Assembly (NCBI GenBank): GCA_049521295.1
Contig: JBEKOY010000008.1
Span: forward strand, 15,403-79,402
Source of the DNA: Polyangiaceae bacterium
Lineage (GTDB): Bacteria > Myxococcota_A > Polyangia > Polyangiales > Polyangiaceae
Reading direction: 5' to 3'
DNA length: 64,000 bases
Each line of letters starts with the position of its first letter. Within the stretch, counting starts at the first letter, position 1. The position numbers were made by a program, and so were the translations under genes. The notes under the pieces were generated by a model, which was not told the origin of the DNA, searched no databases, and was given only the letters and a program-made list of their open reading frames with translations. Of the stretch, positions 36,467-45,753 are shown piece after piece.

Positions 36467-39199
36467 ATGTCGGCTCGTTACGCCGTCGGCATCGACCTCG
36501 GCACGACGCACACCGTGGTGGCCTGGGCGCCTCTCGAGGGGGCCGATGCGCCGCAGGTCTTCGACGTCTCGCAGCTTGTTGGACCGAGTGCGGTCGAACT
36601 TCGACCGCTCTTTCCATCCATGCTTTACGCGCCGGCCGAGAGCGAGCGGTTCGAGGATCCATTCGGCGACGCTCCATGGGCGCTCGGAGAAATAGCGCGG
36701 CGTCGCGGGGCCGAGGTTCCGGGACGCACCGTCGTATCGGCGAAAAGCTGGCTCGTCCATCCCAGCGTGGATCGGCTGGCCGCCATTTTGCCATGGGCCG
36801 CGGCAGAAGGGTGCCCCCGCTGCTCGCCGGTCGACGCGGCGACCCGACTGCTCGTGCACGTGCGCCGTGCGTGGGATGCTCGCTGGCCGGCCTCGCCGCT
36901 CAGCGAACAGGAACTGGTGCTGACCGTTCCTGCGTCGTTCGACGAAGTCGGCCGAGAGCTCTCGCTCGAAGCGGCGCGGCGTGCCGGCCTTTCGCCCAAG
37001 CTACTCGAGGAGCCGGCGGCGGCGTTTTACGATTGGATGTCGCGTGCCGGCACCGACGGGGTCAATCGCCTGATCCACGAAACGTCCGGCGACGCGCGGG
37101 TGCTCGTCGTCGACGTCGGTGGAGGCACGACGGACTTGTCGCTGATTCGTGTGGTCGGGCCCGAGCGAATCACGCGTGTCGCCGTCGGACCGCATCTGCT
37201 TTTGGGGGGCGACAACATGGATCTGGCGATTGCACACGCCTGCGAGCCCAGGCTCCAAGCGACAGGCAAGCTCGATGCGTCGCGTTTCGCACAGTTGGTC
37301 GTCGCGTGCCGGGCAGCCAAAGAGACGTTGCTGAGCGATGGCTCGCCGGAGGTGGCGCCTGTCACCGTGCTCGGGGTCGGCGCGGCACTGGTGGGCTCCG
37401 GCCTCACCACGCCTCTGTTGCGCCACGAGGTCGAGCGACTCGTGCTCGATGAGTTCCTTCCGCTCGTCCCGGCCGATGCCCGGCCGCAGCGCGCGCGCAG
37501 TGCGCTCGTTGCGTTTGGGCTCCCGTACGAGCGCGACGTGGCGGTCACGCGCCACATCGCGGCGTTTCTCGGCCGGCACGTGGGGCCCGGCGAATGGCCG
37601 AACGCCGTTCTTCTGAATGGCGGGGTTTTCCGCTCCGCGCGCATCGCCGGTCGGGTCCTCGAGGTCCTTCGGGCTTGGCGGGGCGGAGTCGTGGCGCATT
37701 TGCCCGGCGCGGACCCCGATCTCGCCGTGGCGTGCGGAGCGGTCGCGTACGCACGGGCGCGCCTTGGACACGGCATGCGCATCGGCGGCGGCTCGGCGCG
37801 CGGTTACTTCGTCGGAGTGACCGCGGAGGGGTCTGGCCCTCGCGCGGTATGCGTTGTCCCCCGCGGCGCCGAGGAGGGAACGGTCCACGTCGCGCGCGGC
37901 CGAACGTTCGCCATCGCTGTCGGGCGGCCCGTCCGCTTCGAGCTTTTCGAGAGCGATGACGTCCATGCACGTGCGGGCGCTGTCGTCGAGGTTGACTCCG
38001 TCCGCTTTGCGCGTTTGCCTCCGATCGCCACGACCTTCACCGCCAGGGTCGGAGGCGACGTCCGCGTCGTCATCGAGGGGGAGCTCACGCCCGTCGGCAC
38101 CGTCGATCTCGCGTGCGTCGAGACGAGCGATCCCAGCGACGGCGGCGTCGCGGATGTCCTGGCTCCGGTTGCGGATGAACCTGCGGCGCGCCGATTCCGG
38201 CTCGCCTTTCAGCTTCGCCGTGACGAGGGGGAACCGGCGAGTCGCCCGCCGTCACCCGTGCCGATGCGCCGGATGGACGCGGTGCTCGATTTGATTGAAG
38301 GGGTGTACGGCAAACCCCGCAGCGGCGGGGCCGGACGCGAAGTCAAGGACCTGGTCCGCGAGCTCGAACGCCTGCTTGGCGAGCGCAGCGAATGGACCAC
38401 CGAGATCAACCGCGCGATTTACGACTCCCTGGCGCCGAAGGCAGCCGCGCGTCGCCGCTCTCCGGACCACGAGCGCGTTTTCTGGCTGCTCGCCGGCTGG
38501 TGCATTCGCCCCGGTTTTGGCTATCCGGACGACGAGGTTCGAGTTGCCGGGCTTGTCCCGCGCTTCGAGGAGCGACTCGCATTTCCGGGTGAGATTCGTG
38601 CCTGGCAGCAATTTTGGATCGCCTGGCGGCGCGTCGCGGGCGGGCTCGACGAGCCGACGCAGACGGGGATGCGCGACAGCGTCGACGCGCACCTCGCGCC
38701 ATCCGACGCGAGGCGGCGTCCCAAGAAGGCATGGCTGGCGCTCGACGACGCGCTCGACATGGCCGCGACTCTCGAGCGGGTTGCGCCCGCTCGCCGCGCG
38801 GAGCTCGGCGGGTGGGTCTTGGAGCGCACGTGGACTGATCGCGATCCGCGTTTGTGGTCCGCCATCGGTCGGCTGGGCGCGCGCGCGCCGGTCTACGCGA
38901 GCGCCCACCACGTCGTGGCACCGCTCGTCGCGGAGCGGTGGCTGGATCACCTGCTGCGGGAGAAGTGGGGCTCGATTCCCACGGCCACGCAAGCGGCGCT
39001 CCGGCTCGCGCGCATGACCGGCGACCGCTCGCGCGACATCGGCGAACCGATGCGCCGCGAGGTCGAGCAGCGCCTGATGGCGGCGGGCGCGAAGCCGGAG
39101 CAGGTCATCACCATGCGAGAAGTCGTGCCGGTCGACGAGATCGAGCGAGCCGCGTTCTTTGGCGACGCGCTACCGCTCGGTTTGCGGTTGGTCCGCTAG
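36467..39199 (+). CDS. non-canonical Hsp70-family protein (paralog 2) with long C-terminal extension
   Basis: 910 aa from ATG 36467, 14 nt after paralog 1. Motifs GIDLGTTHTVVA, VVDVGGGTTDLS, LLGGDNMDLAI and LLNGGVFRSA. A roughly 310-aa Trp/Arg-rich helical C-terminal region follows, with no recognised family. Confidence 0.85.
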   Translation: MSARYAVGIDLGTTHTVVAWAPLEGADAPQVFDVSQLVGPSAVELRPLFPSMLYAPAESERFEDPFGDAPWALGEIARRRGAEVPGRTVVSAKSWLVHPSVDRLAAILPWAAAEGCPRCSPVDAATRLLVHVRRAWDARWPASPLSEQELVLTVPASFDEVGRELSLEAARRAGLSPKLLEEPAAAFYDWMSRAGTDGVNRLIHETSGDARVLVVDVGGGTTDLSLIRVVGPERITRVAVGPHLLLGGDNMDLAIAHACEPRLQATGKLDASRFAQLVVACRAAKETLLSDGSPEVAPVTVLGVGAALVGSGLTTPLLRHEVERLVLDEFLPLVPADARPQRARSALVAFGLPYERDVAVTRHIAAFLGRHVGPGEWPNAVLLNGGVFRSARIAGRVLEVLRAWRGGVVAHLPGADPDLAVACGAVAYARARLGHGMRIGGGSARGYFVGVTAEGSGPRAVCVVPRGAEEGTVHVARGRTFAIAVGRPVRFELFESDDVHARAGAVVEVDSVRFARLPPIATTFTARVGGDVRVVIEGELTPVGTVDLACVETSDPSDGGVADVLAPVADEPAARRFRLAFQLRRDEGEPASRPPSPVPMRRMDAVLDLIEGVYGKPRSGGAGREVKDLVRELERLLGERSEWTTEINRAIYDSLAPKAAARRRSPDHERVFWLLAGWCIRPGFGYPDDEVRVAGLVPRFEERLAFPGEIRAWQQFWIAWRRVAGGLDEPTQTGMRDSVDAHLAPSDARRRPKKAWLALDDALDMAATLERVAPARRAELGGWVLERTWTDRDPRLWSAIGRLGARAPVYASAHHVVAPLVAERWLDHLLREKWGSIPTATQAALRLARMTGDRSRDIGEPMRREVEQRLMAAGAKPEQVITMREVVPVDEIERAAFFGDALPLGLRLVR

Positions 39200-39327
39200 A
39201 CCAGGTGGCAAATCGGTCTGCAGCCGCGCGGAAGCGAGGAAGGTCGCTCGGGGACGGAAGGGCCTCATCCTCCAGGACAGCGCCGTCCAGTGCGAGGATG
39301 CCCGCTTGTTCGAGGACCGGGGCCGCC

Positions 39328-39876
39328 TCACGTGGCGCCGAGTCGACGGCGCTCGAAGACGATCATCTCGCCCATCGTCTCGTGCTCACGGGTGCCGATT
39401 CGTGTCATGCCCACTTTCTCGAGGACGCGCACCGACGCGCGATGCCACCCAAACGTCGCGGCTTGCACGGCGTGCACCCGGCGCTGATCGAGCGCCCAGG
39501 ACACGCACGCGCCAACGGCCTCGGTTGCGTATCCCCGGCCCTGCGACCCTTCTTCGACGCCGTAAGCAATCTCCGAGATACCTTGCTCGTCTGGTTCGCT
39601 GCGGAAGACGACGCTTCCGACCACCCGCCGCTCGCCTGGTTCGGCCGCCGCAATGATGACGCGCGCTCCCCAAAGACGGGCCGCGGGATCGGCTCGAATG
39701 TCGTGGAGGGACACGGCAAACGCGCGCTCGATGAGCTCGCGGTTGGGCCAGCGCTCTGGCATCCGAGCGACCGCGAGCGACTCCGCGTCGTCACGGCGGC
39801 CGAGCAGAACGGCCTCGACCATCCCTACGGTGACGGGAAGCAACTGAAGTCGCGGTGTTCGAAGATACGCGGTCAT
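39328..39876 (-). CDS. GNAT-family N-acetyltransferase (RimJ/RimL-like)
   Basis: 182 aa from ATG 39876, starting MTAYLRTPRLQLLPVT. The acetyl-CoA motif is QGRGYATEA. Confidence 0.75.
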   Translation of the reverse strand: MTAYLRTPRLQLLPVTVGMVEAVLLGRRDDAESLAVARMPERWPNRELIERAFAVSLHDIRADPAARLWGARVIIAAAEPGERRVVGSVVFRSEPDEQGISEIAYGVEEGSQGRGYATEAVGACVSWALDQRRVHAVQAATFGWHRASVRVLEKVGMTRIGTREHETMGEMIVFERRRLGAT

Positions 39877-39905
39877 GCGCGTGCCGACGCGTGGACGATA
39901 CCGGG

Positions 39906-41195
39906 TTACCTGACGCCAGCCCAGCCTTTGACGACGTCGTCGAGACGCCGCCGCTCGTCCTCCTCGAGCAGTCCAACTGCGACGACGCTCAGGCACTCGG
40001 GTCGTGCCAATCGGCGCGCGGCTTCGCATACCTCGCTCGCGGTCACCCGAACGAGCTCCGCGACGTGCTCCTCGACGGTGACAAAACGGTCGAACAGAAG
40101 CCCTGCCGCGAAGAACGCGGACGTTTCTTCCGTCGAGTCGGCCAGAGCGCTCGCATCCCATGCGATTCTGCGCCGGATCCTGTCGAGTTCGTCGTCGGTC
40201 GGACCGTCCGATGCCAGCTCGCCGAACATCGCCAGGATTTCGCCTGCTACGCGCGCGGCGCGCTTGTGTTGCACCCCTGCGGCCACGTCGACGACCCCAT
40301 CGTCTTCATAACCATCGTACCCGGCGGACACGTCGTAGCAGAGGCCGCGCGCATCGCACAGACGATGGTACAGACGCGTGGACATGCCATCGTCGATGAC
40401 CCGCATCAATACGTCGAGCGCTGGTCGATCCGGATCCGTCTCCGAGAATGCGCGCAGGCACACACGCAGTTCCGTTTGGCTCGACACACTCTCGACCACC
40501 TCGAGTCGCGCCTTCTTTTGCGTACGCGGCGGCGCCGCCGCGTGGATGCGCGCGCCCCGGGGCAGACCCCCGAAGTCACGCGCCGCCAGGCGCATCGCCT
40601 CGTCGACGTCGACGGCACCGGAGAACGCGAGCACGACGTTGTCGGCCGTGTAGTGGAGCGCGTGATGCTTGCGCAGCGTGGCCTCGTCGAACGCGCGCAC
40701 CTGAGCCTCGTGGCCCGTGATCGTGAGTCCGAGCGGGTGGTCGCCGTAGATGAGCGCACGCGAGAGATTGTCTGCGTCGACCTGACGTCCCTCGTCATCC
40801 ACGTCTTCGAGGATTTCCTCGAGGACGATGCCGCGCTCGATGTCGATGTCCAGGAAAGCCGGTTCCGAAAGCACTTCACCGAAGAGGCGGCAGGCCTCTT
40901 CAAGCGAGTCCGGGGGCAGCGTAAGCGAGAAAATGCCGTGGTCCACCTGAGTCGACGCAAAGAGCGAGCCCCCCAAGCGTTCGAAAGCAAGGTTGACTTC
41001 ATGGGCGCTCGGCACGCGACGGGTCCCTCGGTAGATCATGTGCTCGAGGAAATGGCCGATTCCGTTTGTCGCGCGGGTCTCGTAGCGTGACCCGACGCGC
41101 GTCCAAAGCCCGACGTGAGCTCGATGAAGCCGCGGCTGCGGTGCGGCGACGACTTGGATCCCGTTCGGCAGGACGGCGCGCCGGTGCTCGATCAC
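39906..41195 (-). CDS. M16-family (insulinase-like) zinc peptidase
   Basis: Inverted zinc motif GHFLEHMIYRG (HxxEH). I prefer GTG 41195, which lies 1 nt after the upstream stop, as the start. The ORF-track ATG 41261 would overlap the upstream gene by 65 nt and add a low-complexity TRTRTNTN tail. Confidence 0.8.
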   Translation of the reverse strand: MIEHRRAVLPNGIQVVAAPQPRLHRAHVGLWTRVGSRYETRATNGIGHFLEHMIYRGTRRVPSAHEVNLAFERLGGSLFASTQVDHGIFSLTLPPDSLEEACRLFGEVLSEPAFLDIDIERGIVLEEILEDVDDEGRQVDADNLSRALIYGDHPLGLTITGHEAQVRAFDEATLRKHHALHYTADNVVLAFSGAVDVDEAMRLAARDFGGLPRGARIHAAAPPRTQKKARLEVVESVSSQTELRVCLRAFSETDPDRPALDVLMRVIDDGMSTRLYHRLCDARGLCYDVSAGYDGYEDDGVVDVAAGVQHKRAARVAGEILAMFGELASDGPTDDELDRIRRRIAWDASALADSTEETSAFFAAGLLFDRFVTVEEHVAELVRVTASEVCEAARRLARPECLSVVAVGLLEEDERRRLDDVVKGWAGVR

Positions 41196-41196
41196 G

Positions 41197-43101
41197 TTAG
41201 TATTGGTCCTCGTCCTCGTCCGTGCCTGCGGCGCCGGCGTCGGTTCGCGCTTCTTGGACAAACGATTCGTCGATCTTTACGGAGTCTTTTGCATTCGCGC
41301 GAAGTCGCCGTACGTATAGGGCGAGGGCTTCGTCGCGCTTCGCGCGCAACAGCTCGGCTTCGAGTGCGCCGCGATCCTTTTCGAACTCGTCTCTCGTCGC
41401 GACTTTTCGCTGCTTGAGTTGGGTAACGACGAAGCCGTCTTCGGTTCGAACGGGCTCGGTCTGTACGTCGCCATCCTTGGCCTCGAACGCGAAGCTTGCG
41501 ACCCTGTTGGTTCCTTCCGGTGAGAGTCCGGGAAATGCATCACCACCCCGGTTGAAGGCGCTCGACGTTTGTGGCTGCGGACGGTCGCCGTCGGTGCTCG
41601 CGTCGAACCGGGTTGCCGCGATCGCCAGGCCGGCGGCGACCGTGCTCTTCGCATGGCCCGGACCACCGGTCGCTGGGGGGACACTTGCAGGGGCCACCTC
41701 TAGACCCGCATCCGCGCCGCGCTTCTCGGAGGCCATTTGCAGGACCCGCAGGGATTCTGTCTTCGTCGTTCGTACAAACGGGGCTATCGCTTCGCTTACG
41801 GCGTCCTGAGCGCCGACGCCGCGACCGAGCACGTCACCGATCCGGGCGGCCACGGAACGGGCTGCATCGGTAGCCTTGGCTTTCGCGTAGAGGGTGTGCG
41901 CTAAGCTCCGCTTGAGTTGCCCCTCCAGCTCGGCGCTCATCGACGGGTCGTCCCGTGCAATCAGGTGGTAACCGAACTGGGTCTCGATGGCGCCCTCGGT
42001 AATCTCGCCGGGCCTGAGCGCGTCCGCTGCGGCCTTGAACGGAACGACGAATCCGTCCGTTTTCTCGCCGACGTCGCCGCCTTGCGCCGCACTCGCCGAA
42101 TCGTCGGACGTGTCGCGTGCAACTTCGGCGAACGGCTCGCCGGATCGGATCCGCGCTTTTGCCCATGACGCCTTGGCAAGCGCAAGCGCCTTCTCGTCGT
42201 CGGACGCCCCATAGGGCAGCTTCACGAGGATGTGCCGGATGTGCCCGCTCTTGGGCATGTCGTCCTGTTTGCGCTCCTCGAGGGCCTTGTCGAACTCGGT
42301 CTGGTGTTCTTGGATCCATGCGTCGACCTCGCCGGGCTTGGCGTCGACCGCCCAGCGAGCGGCCCACGCCTCCTTGACGAGAATCCACGTGACGGTCGCA
42401 GTCGTGTAGCGCCGGTCGTACTCGTGCCACGCCTCCGATGAGCTCACGCGGATGGGGTCACGAACGATGCTGCGCATCTTTGCGGCGAGCAACTCGCGCG
42501 ACTGCTCTTCGCGAAACTCGGTCGGCGAGCGATTGCTGATGTTGCGGATCTGTCGCTCGTAGGTCTTCATGTCGAAGGCCTTCGTCTTGGAATCGCGGAA
42601 ATCGACTGGGATGGCGGCGTCGCGATCGTTGAAATGCGCCTGTGCGACGTCTTGCGAGATGAGACCACCTCGAGCGTACGACTGATACATTTGTTGAAGA
42701 ACCGTCTGCAACACGGTCGGGTCCGCGGCCGGCACGCTAACGCGCACGAAGCCGTCGTAGAGCTGATCGGTGACTTCATCCTCCGTCACCGCGATGCGCA
42801 GCCGGCTCGCTTCGTTGTCCAGCAATTCCCGCTCGATGAGCCCGTCGAGTGCGACGCGCTTCAAGTTCATCCGGCGCGACAGATCGGCGCTGCGCGACGG
42901 CATGAGGATGCGATATGCGGCGCCGAAATCCTTCGGATCAATGCAACGCCCGCGAACGCGGGCCACGCACGTTTCGCTCAGGGAAGCCGTTCTCTGGGAC
43001 GCGTTGGGCCGAAACTCAATCACAAATGTGAGTATCGTCGCGAGGATGATCGCGCCGTAGAGGACGCTCGATAGGCCTCGCTGGCGGAAGAATGCAAGCA
43101 T
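41197..43101 (-). CDS. PpiD-like periplasmic chaperone / parvulin-type peptidyl-prolyl isomerase
   Basis: N-terminal TM (VLYGAIILATILTFVI), a SurA_N-like region, then a rotamase segment: HIRHILVKLP...FGYHLI. Confidence 0.75.
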   Translation of the reverse strand: MLAFFRQRGLSSVLYGAIILATILTFVIEFRPNASQRTASLSETCVARVRGRCIDPKDFGAAYRILMPSRSADLSRRMNLKRVALDGLIERELLDNEASRLRIAVTEDEVTDQLYDGFVRVSVPAADPTVLQTVLQQMYQSYARGGLISQDVAQAHFNDRDAAIPVDFRDSKTKAFDMKTYERQIRNISNRSPTEFREEQSRELLAAKMRSIVRDPIRVSSSEAWHEYDRRYTTATVTWILVKEAWAARWAVDAKPGEVDAWIQEHQTEFDKALEERKQDDMPKSGHIRHILVKLPYGASDDEKALALAKASWAKARIRSGEPFAEVARDTSDDSASAAQGGDVGEKTDGFVVPFKAAADALRPGEITEGAIETQFGYHLIARDDPSMSAELEGQLKRSLAHTLYAKAKATDAARSVAARIGDVLGRGVGAQDAVSEAIAPFVRTTKTESLRVLQMASEKRGADAGLEVAPASVPPATGGPGHAKSTVAAGLAIAATRFDASTDGDRPQPQTSSAFNRGGDAFPGLSPEGTNRVASFAFEAKDGDVQTEPVRTEDGFVVTQLKQRKVATRDEFEKDRGALEAELLRAKRDEALALYVRRLRANAKDSVKIDESFVQEARTDAGAAGTDEDEDQY

Positions 43102-43171
43102 GGGACGGCAGCCCGTCTATCACGCGCCCCCAGCTCCGTCGACGCTTCCGCCCCGCGGCCGGTACCGGGGT

Positions 43172-43618
43172 TCAGGCGCGCTTCTCGAGCCCCAACGCGA
43201 ACTTCACCTCCAGGATGGCCTGGCTCAACTCGGCGGCGATTTTCGCGTACGTGACTTCGTAGAACACGTCGAGAGTTCGCTCGGGGTCGCCCGGATCCGC
43301 CACGCGCATGAGAGAGGTCGCCTGCTCCGAGAAGCCCGCGGGAAGCGACGAGGTCGCCAAGATACGAACCCGCTCGAAAAGACGGACGTCGTCTTCGTTC
43401 GGGAAGTCGGCCTTTTGCACCCGAAAGACGACGCGTACCTCGAGCGGGTCTGCGACCCGTAGCCGGACTCCCGAGTCCATGATCAAGTTCTCGCGCGGCC
43501 GTTCGGCCAGAACGATCTCGTCACCGCGGGTTCGGAACACCTCGAACCCGGCGTCTACGAGGGCTCGCTTGACCTGCACCGCATTGCGCGGATCAGCGGG
43601 GGCGGAGGACTCGGACAT
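43172..43618 (-). CDS. hypothetical cytoplasmic protein
   Basis: 148-aa clean ORF with good codon bias. No family recognised. Confidence 0.55.
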   Translation of the reverse strand: MSESSAPADPRNAVQVKRALVDAGFEVFRTRGDEIVLAERPRENLIMDSGVRLRVADPLEVRVVFRVQKADFPNEDDVRLFERVRILATSSLPAGFSEQATSLMRVADPGDPERTLDVFYEVTYAKIAAELSQAILEVKFALGLEKRA

Positions 43619-43711
43619 CGTTCACCGCGCTCGTCACCCAAAGCCCAGGATAGCGACACAAGAATGTCTGCGGGCGTCACAGGTGGGTCAGGGGCGCGAC
43701 CGGGACACAGT

Positions 43712-44443
43712 ATGGCATTTTTCGATCGGCTGCTATCTTACCGGCTCACTGCCCGTGAAGAATCGTCGCAGCTTGACCCCGAGCACCGGCGGCGCGACGA
43801 GGGACGTTCACGCGGCGCGGCGGCGCACACCACGGGCTCGGCTCGCGCGGACGGCTCACCGCCACAACGGCCGGCCGGCGCCGCTGGGAGCGGCCCGTCG
43901 CCGATGTCGATTTCCGAACTCGTGATAGATAGCAACGTCGCGATGGCGAGCACCAAGAGCCGTTTGCCCGACTGCGGGCTGTATAGGACCACCAAGCCCC
44001 TTCCCGACCACGAGGGGGAAGTGCCGGCGGGCACCCTCGTCTATTTCCACAACCACTCGGATTCGGGGCTCCCGGTCGTCATCGCGCCCGAGCACAACGT
44101 GCACAATCGGTGGCACTTTCACGGAAGCGGGATTCCTTTCCGCGGCTTGTCTTGGGCCGACACTCTCACGCGCCTTCCCTCCGAAGGCTTCTACGTGTTG
44201 AAGCGCGCTCTCTCGTTCGATGGGGGGGAGTGGCCAAAGGCCACTCTCGTGCAACTTGGCTTTACGAGGACCGGAGACCCCATCTTGTTTATCGCCCAAG
44301 TGCGCGCCCAGTTACAGGAAAACGATCTCTACTTCAGCGACCGTGGCGTCGGCGTCACCGCGGAGCAGCTCGCTTTGCTCGAACCGGTGCAGGTCTTCGC
44401 CGAGCCGATTCCGGCGGGCGTTCACTCCACCGGAGTCCACTGA
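43712..44443 (+). CDS. hypothetical protein (start uncertain)
   Basis: The well-coded globular part starts around MASTKSRLPDCGLYRTTKPLPDHEGEVPAGTLVYFHNH. Candidate starts are 43664, 43712, 43904 and 43943. No family recognised. Confidence 0.5.
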   Translation: MAFFDRLLSYRLTAREESSQLDPEHRRRDEGRSRGAAAHTTGSARADGSPPQRPAGAAGSGPSPMSISELVIDSNVAMASTKSRLPDCGLYRTTKPLPDHEGEVPAGTLVYFHNHSDSGLPVVIAPEHNVHNRWHFHGSGIPFRGLSWADTLTRLPSEGFYVLKRALSFDGGEWPKATLVQLGFTRTGDPILFIAQVRAQLQENDLYFSDRGVGVTAEQLALLEPVQVFAEPIPAGVHSTGVH

Positions 44444-44510
44444 AGCGGTTTCCGGGCCCACCTGCCAACCTGCGCCGTGAGGCACAGAATGCGAGGATCG
44501 GCCGAGTCCG

Positions 44511-45161
44511 TCAGGGAAGATCCATCTCGGGCGTCCAGGAAGCGTCCACTGTGCTGGCTGAGTCGCGTAGCCTCGCTTCCCGCCACTTGACTCCGGGCGG
44601 TGAAGCGTCGATCCAGTGGTAGCTCGGCTCCCGCACGTCGAGGTGAACGAATTGCGTACGGGGGTGCGTGTACACCCCCACGCCGACGCGTGGCATTCTT
44701 CGCAAATAGGCCGCCAGTTCCGACGCTCGAACTCCGCCGAGCTTGAAGTCGATCGCCTCGCCGGTGCCATGCCGTGCCGCGCCGTCGCGCCAGCCGGATA
44801 CGACGAGCACGGAGGCGCCGCGAAAGTGATAGGCGGCCTTTATCACGAGCTGTTCCAGGCGCGTAGAGAGGGGGTGGACCGGGTCGTCGTATCCCGAGGC
44901 GATTCGATCGAAGGCCTCGCACGCTCCGGCGTCGATCGAGCCATCCTCTGCGTAAAGCCGAACCCGAGCATTCGCGCGGGTAGCCACGTGCCGGACCTCG
45001 ATGGGATCCAACGCTGTGGCCCAATGCGCGACTCGAGGACGGGGCACGTCGGCGGTCAAGCGCGATTCGTCGCAGACTTCCGGCTCGCGGCCGCCGCCGT
45101 AGGCGGGGGCATCGCGCGCGGCGAAGATGACCAAAAGGCCGAGCCATCTGGCAAACCGCAT
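44511..45161 (-). CDS. secreted DUF882 / peptidase M15A family protein (second copy)
   Basis: Signal-like MRFARWLGLLVIFAA, then VVSGWRDGAARHGTGEAIDF and VHLDVR. Same motif set as 5588..6460. Confidence 0.75.
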   Translation of the reverse strand: MRFARWLGLLVIFAARDAPAYGGGREPEVCDESRLTADVPRPRVAHWATALDPIEVRHVATRANARVRLYAEDGSIDAGACEAFDRIASGYDDPVHPLSTRLEQLVIKAAYHFRGASVLVVSGWRDGAARHGTGEAIDFKLGGVRASELAAYLRRMPRVGVGVYTHPRTQFVHLDVREPSYHWIDASPPGVKWREARLRDSASTVDASWTPEMDLP

Positions 45162-45219
45162 GGGCGCCTTGAAAGCTGACGCAAGAAGGACGGCTGCGCT
45201 ACGCTCGACTGCCGTCCCG

Positions 45220-45750
45220 ATGGATTTGCGCGCCGATGCTCACGTTCCGTTCCCTCGCGACATGGTCTTCGCCGCCTATCGCGACGACATGCCCCACCTA
45301 CTGCGGTATTTGCCCAACGTTCGGGACATCGAGATGACGTCGCGAAGAGAAGAAGGTCCTCGCGTCGACATCGTGAGCGTCTGGCACGGTGGAGGGCAGA
45401 TTCCCGGGGCTTTGCGGGCCGTCCTCAACGAATCGATGCTTCGGTGGACCGACCATGCGACCTGGGATGCGGCCTCGTTCCGCTGTGAGTGGCGTACGGA
45501 GACGCACGCGTTTCCCACGGCCGTCACCTGCAGCGGATGCAACGTGTTCGTGGAGGACGGTCCGAGCGCGTCGCGCCTCGAGATTCGCGGCGAGCTCGCG
45601 GTCGATGCCAAGAAGATTCGCGGGGTCCCGTCGTTCGTGGCCGGGAAACTGAGCCGGCTCATCGAAGATTTCTTGGTCACCAACATACGAGAGAATTTCG
45701 CTGAGACGACTCGTGGACTCGCGAAGTATCTGGCCGAGCGCGCGAGTTAG
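45220..45750 (+). CDS. SRPBCC-like (polyketide-cyclase/START fold) protein
   Basis: 176 aa from ATG 45220. The assignment rests only on size and general pattern (MDLRADAHVPFPRDMVFAAYRDDMPHLLRYLPNV...). The family call is weak. Confidence 0.5.
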   Translation: MDLRADAHVPFPRDMVFAAYRDDMPHLLRYLPNVRDIEMTSRREEGPRVDIVSVWHGGGQIPGALRAVLNESMLRWTDHATWDAASFRCEWRTETHAFPTAVTCSGCNVFVEDGPSASRLEIRGELAVDAKKIRGVPSFVAGKLSRLIEDFLVTNIRENFAETTRGLAKYLAERAS

Positions 45751-45753
45751 AGC

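Noticed and set aside
39328-39876. GNAT acetyltransferase considered as a toxin of a GNAT/RHH toxin-antitoxin pair
   Set aside because: No small antitoxin-like ORF is adjacent, and the sequence looks RimJ/RimL-like.
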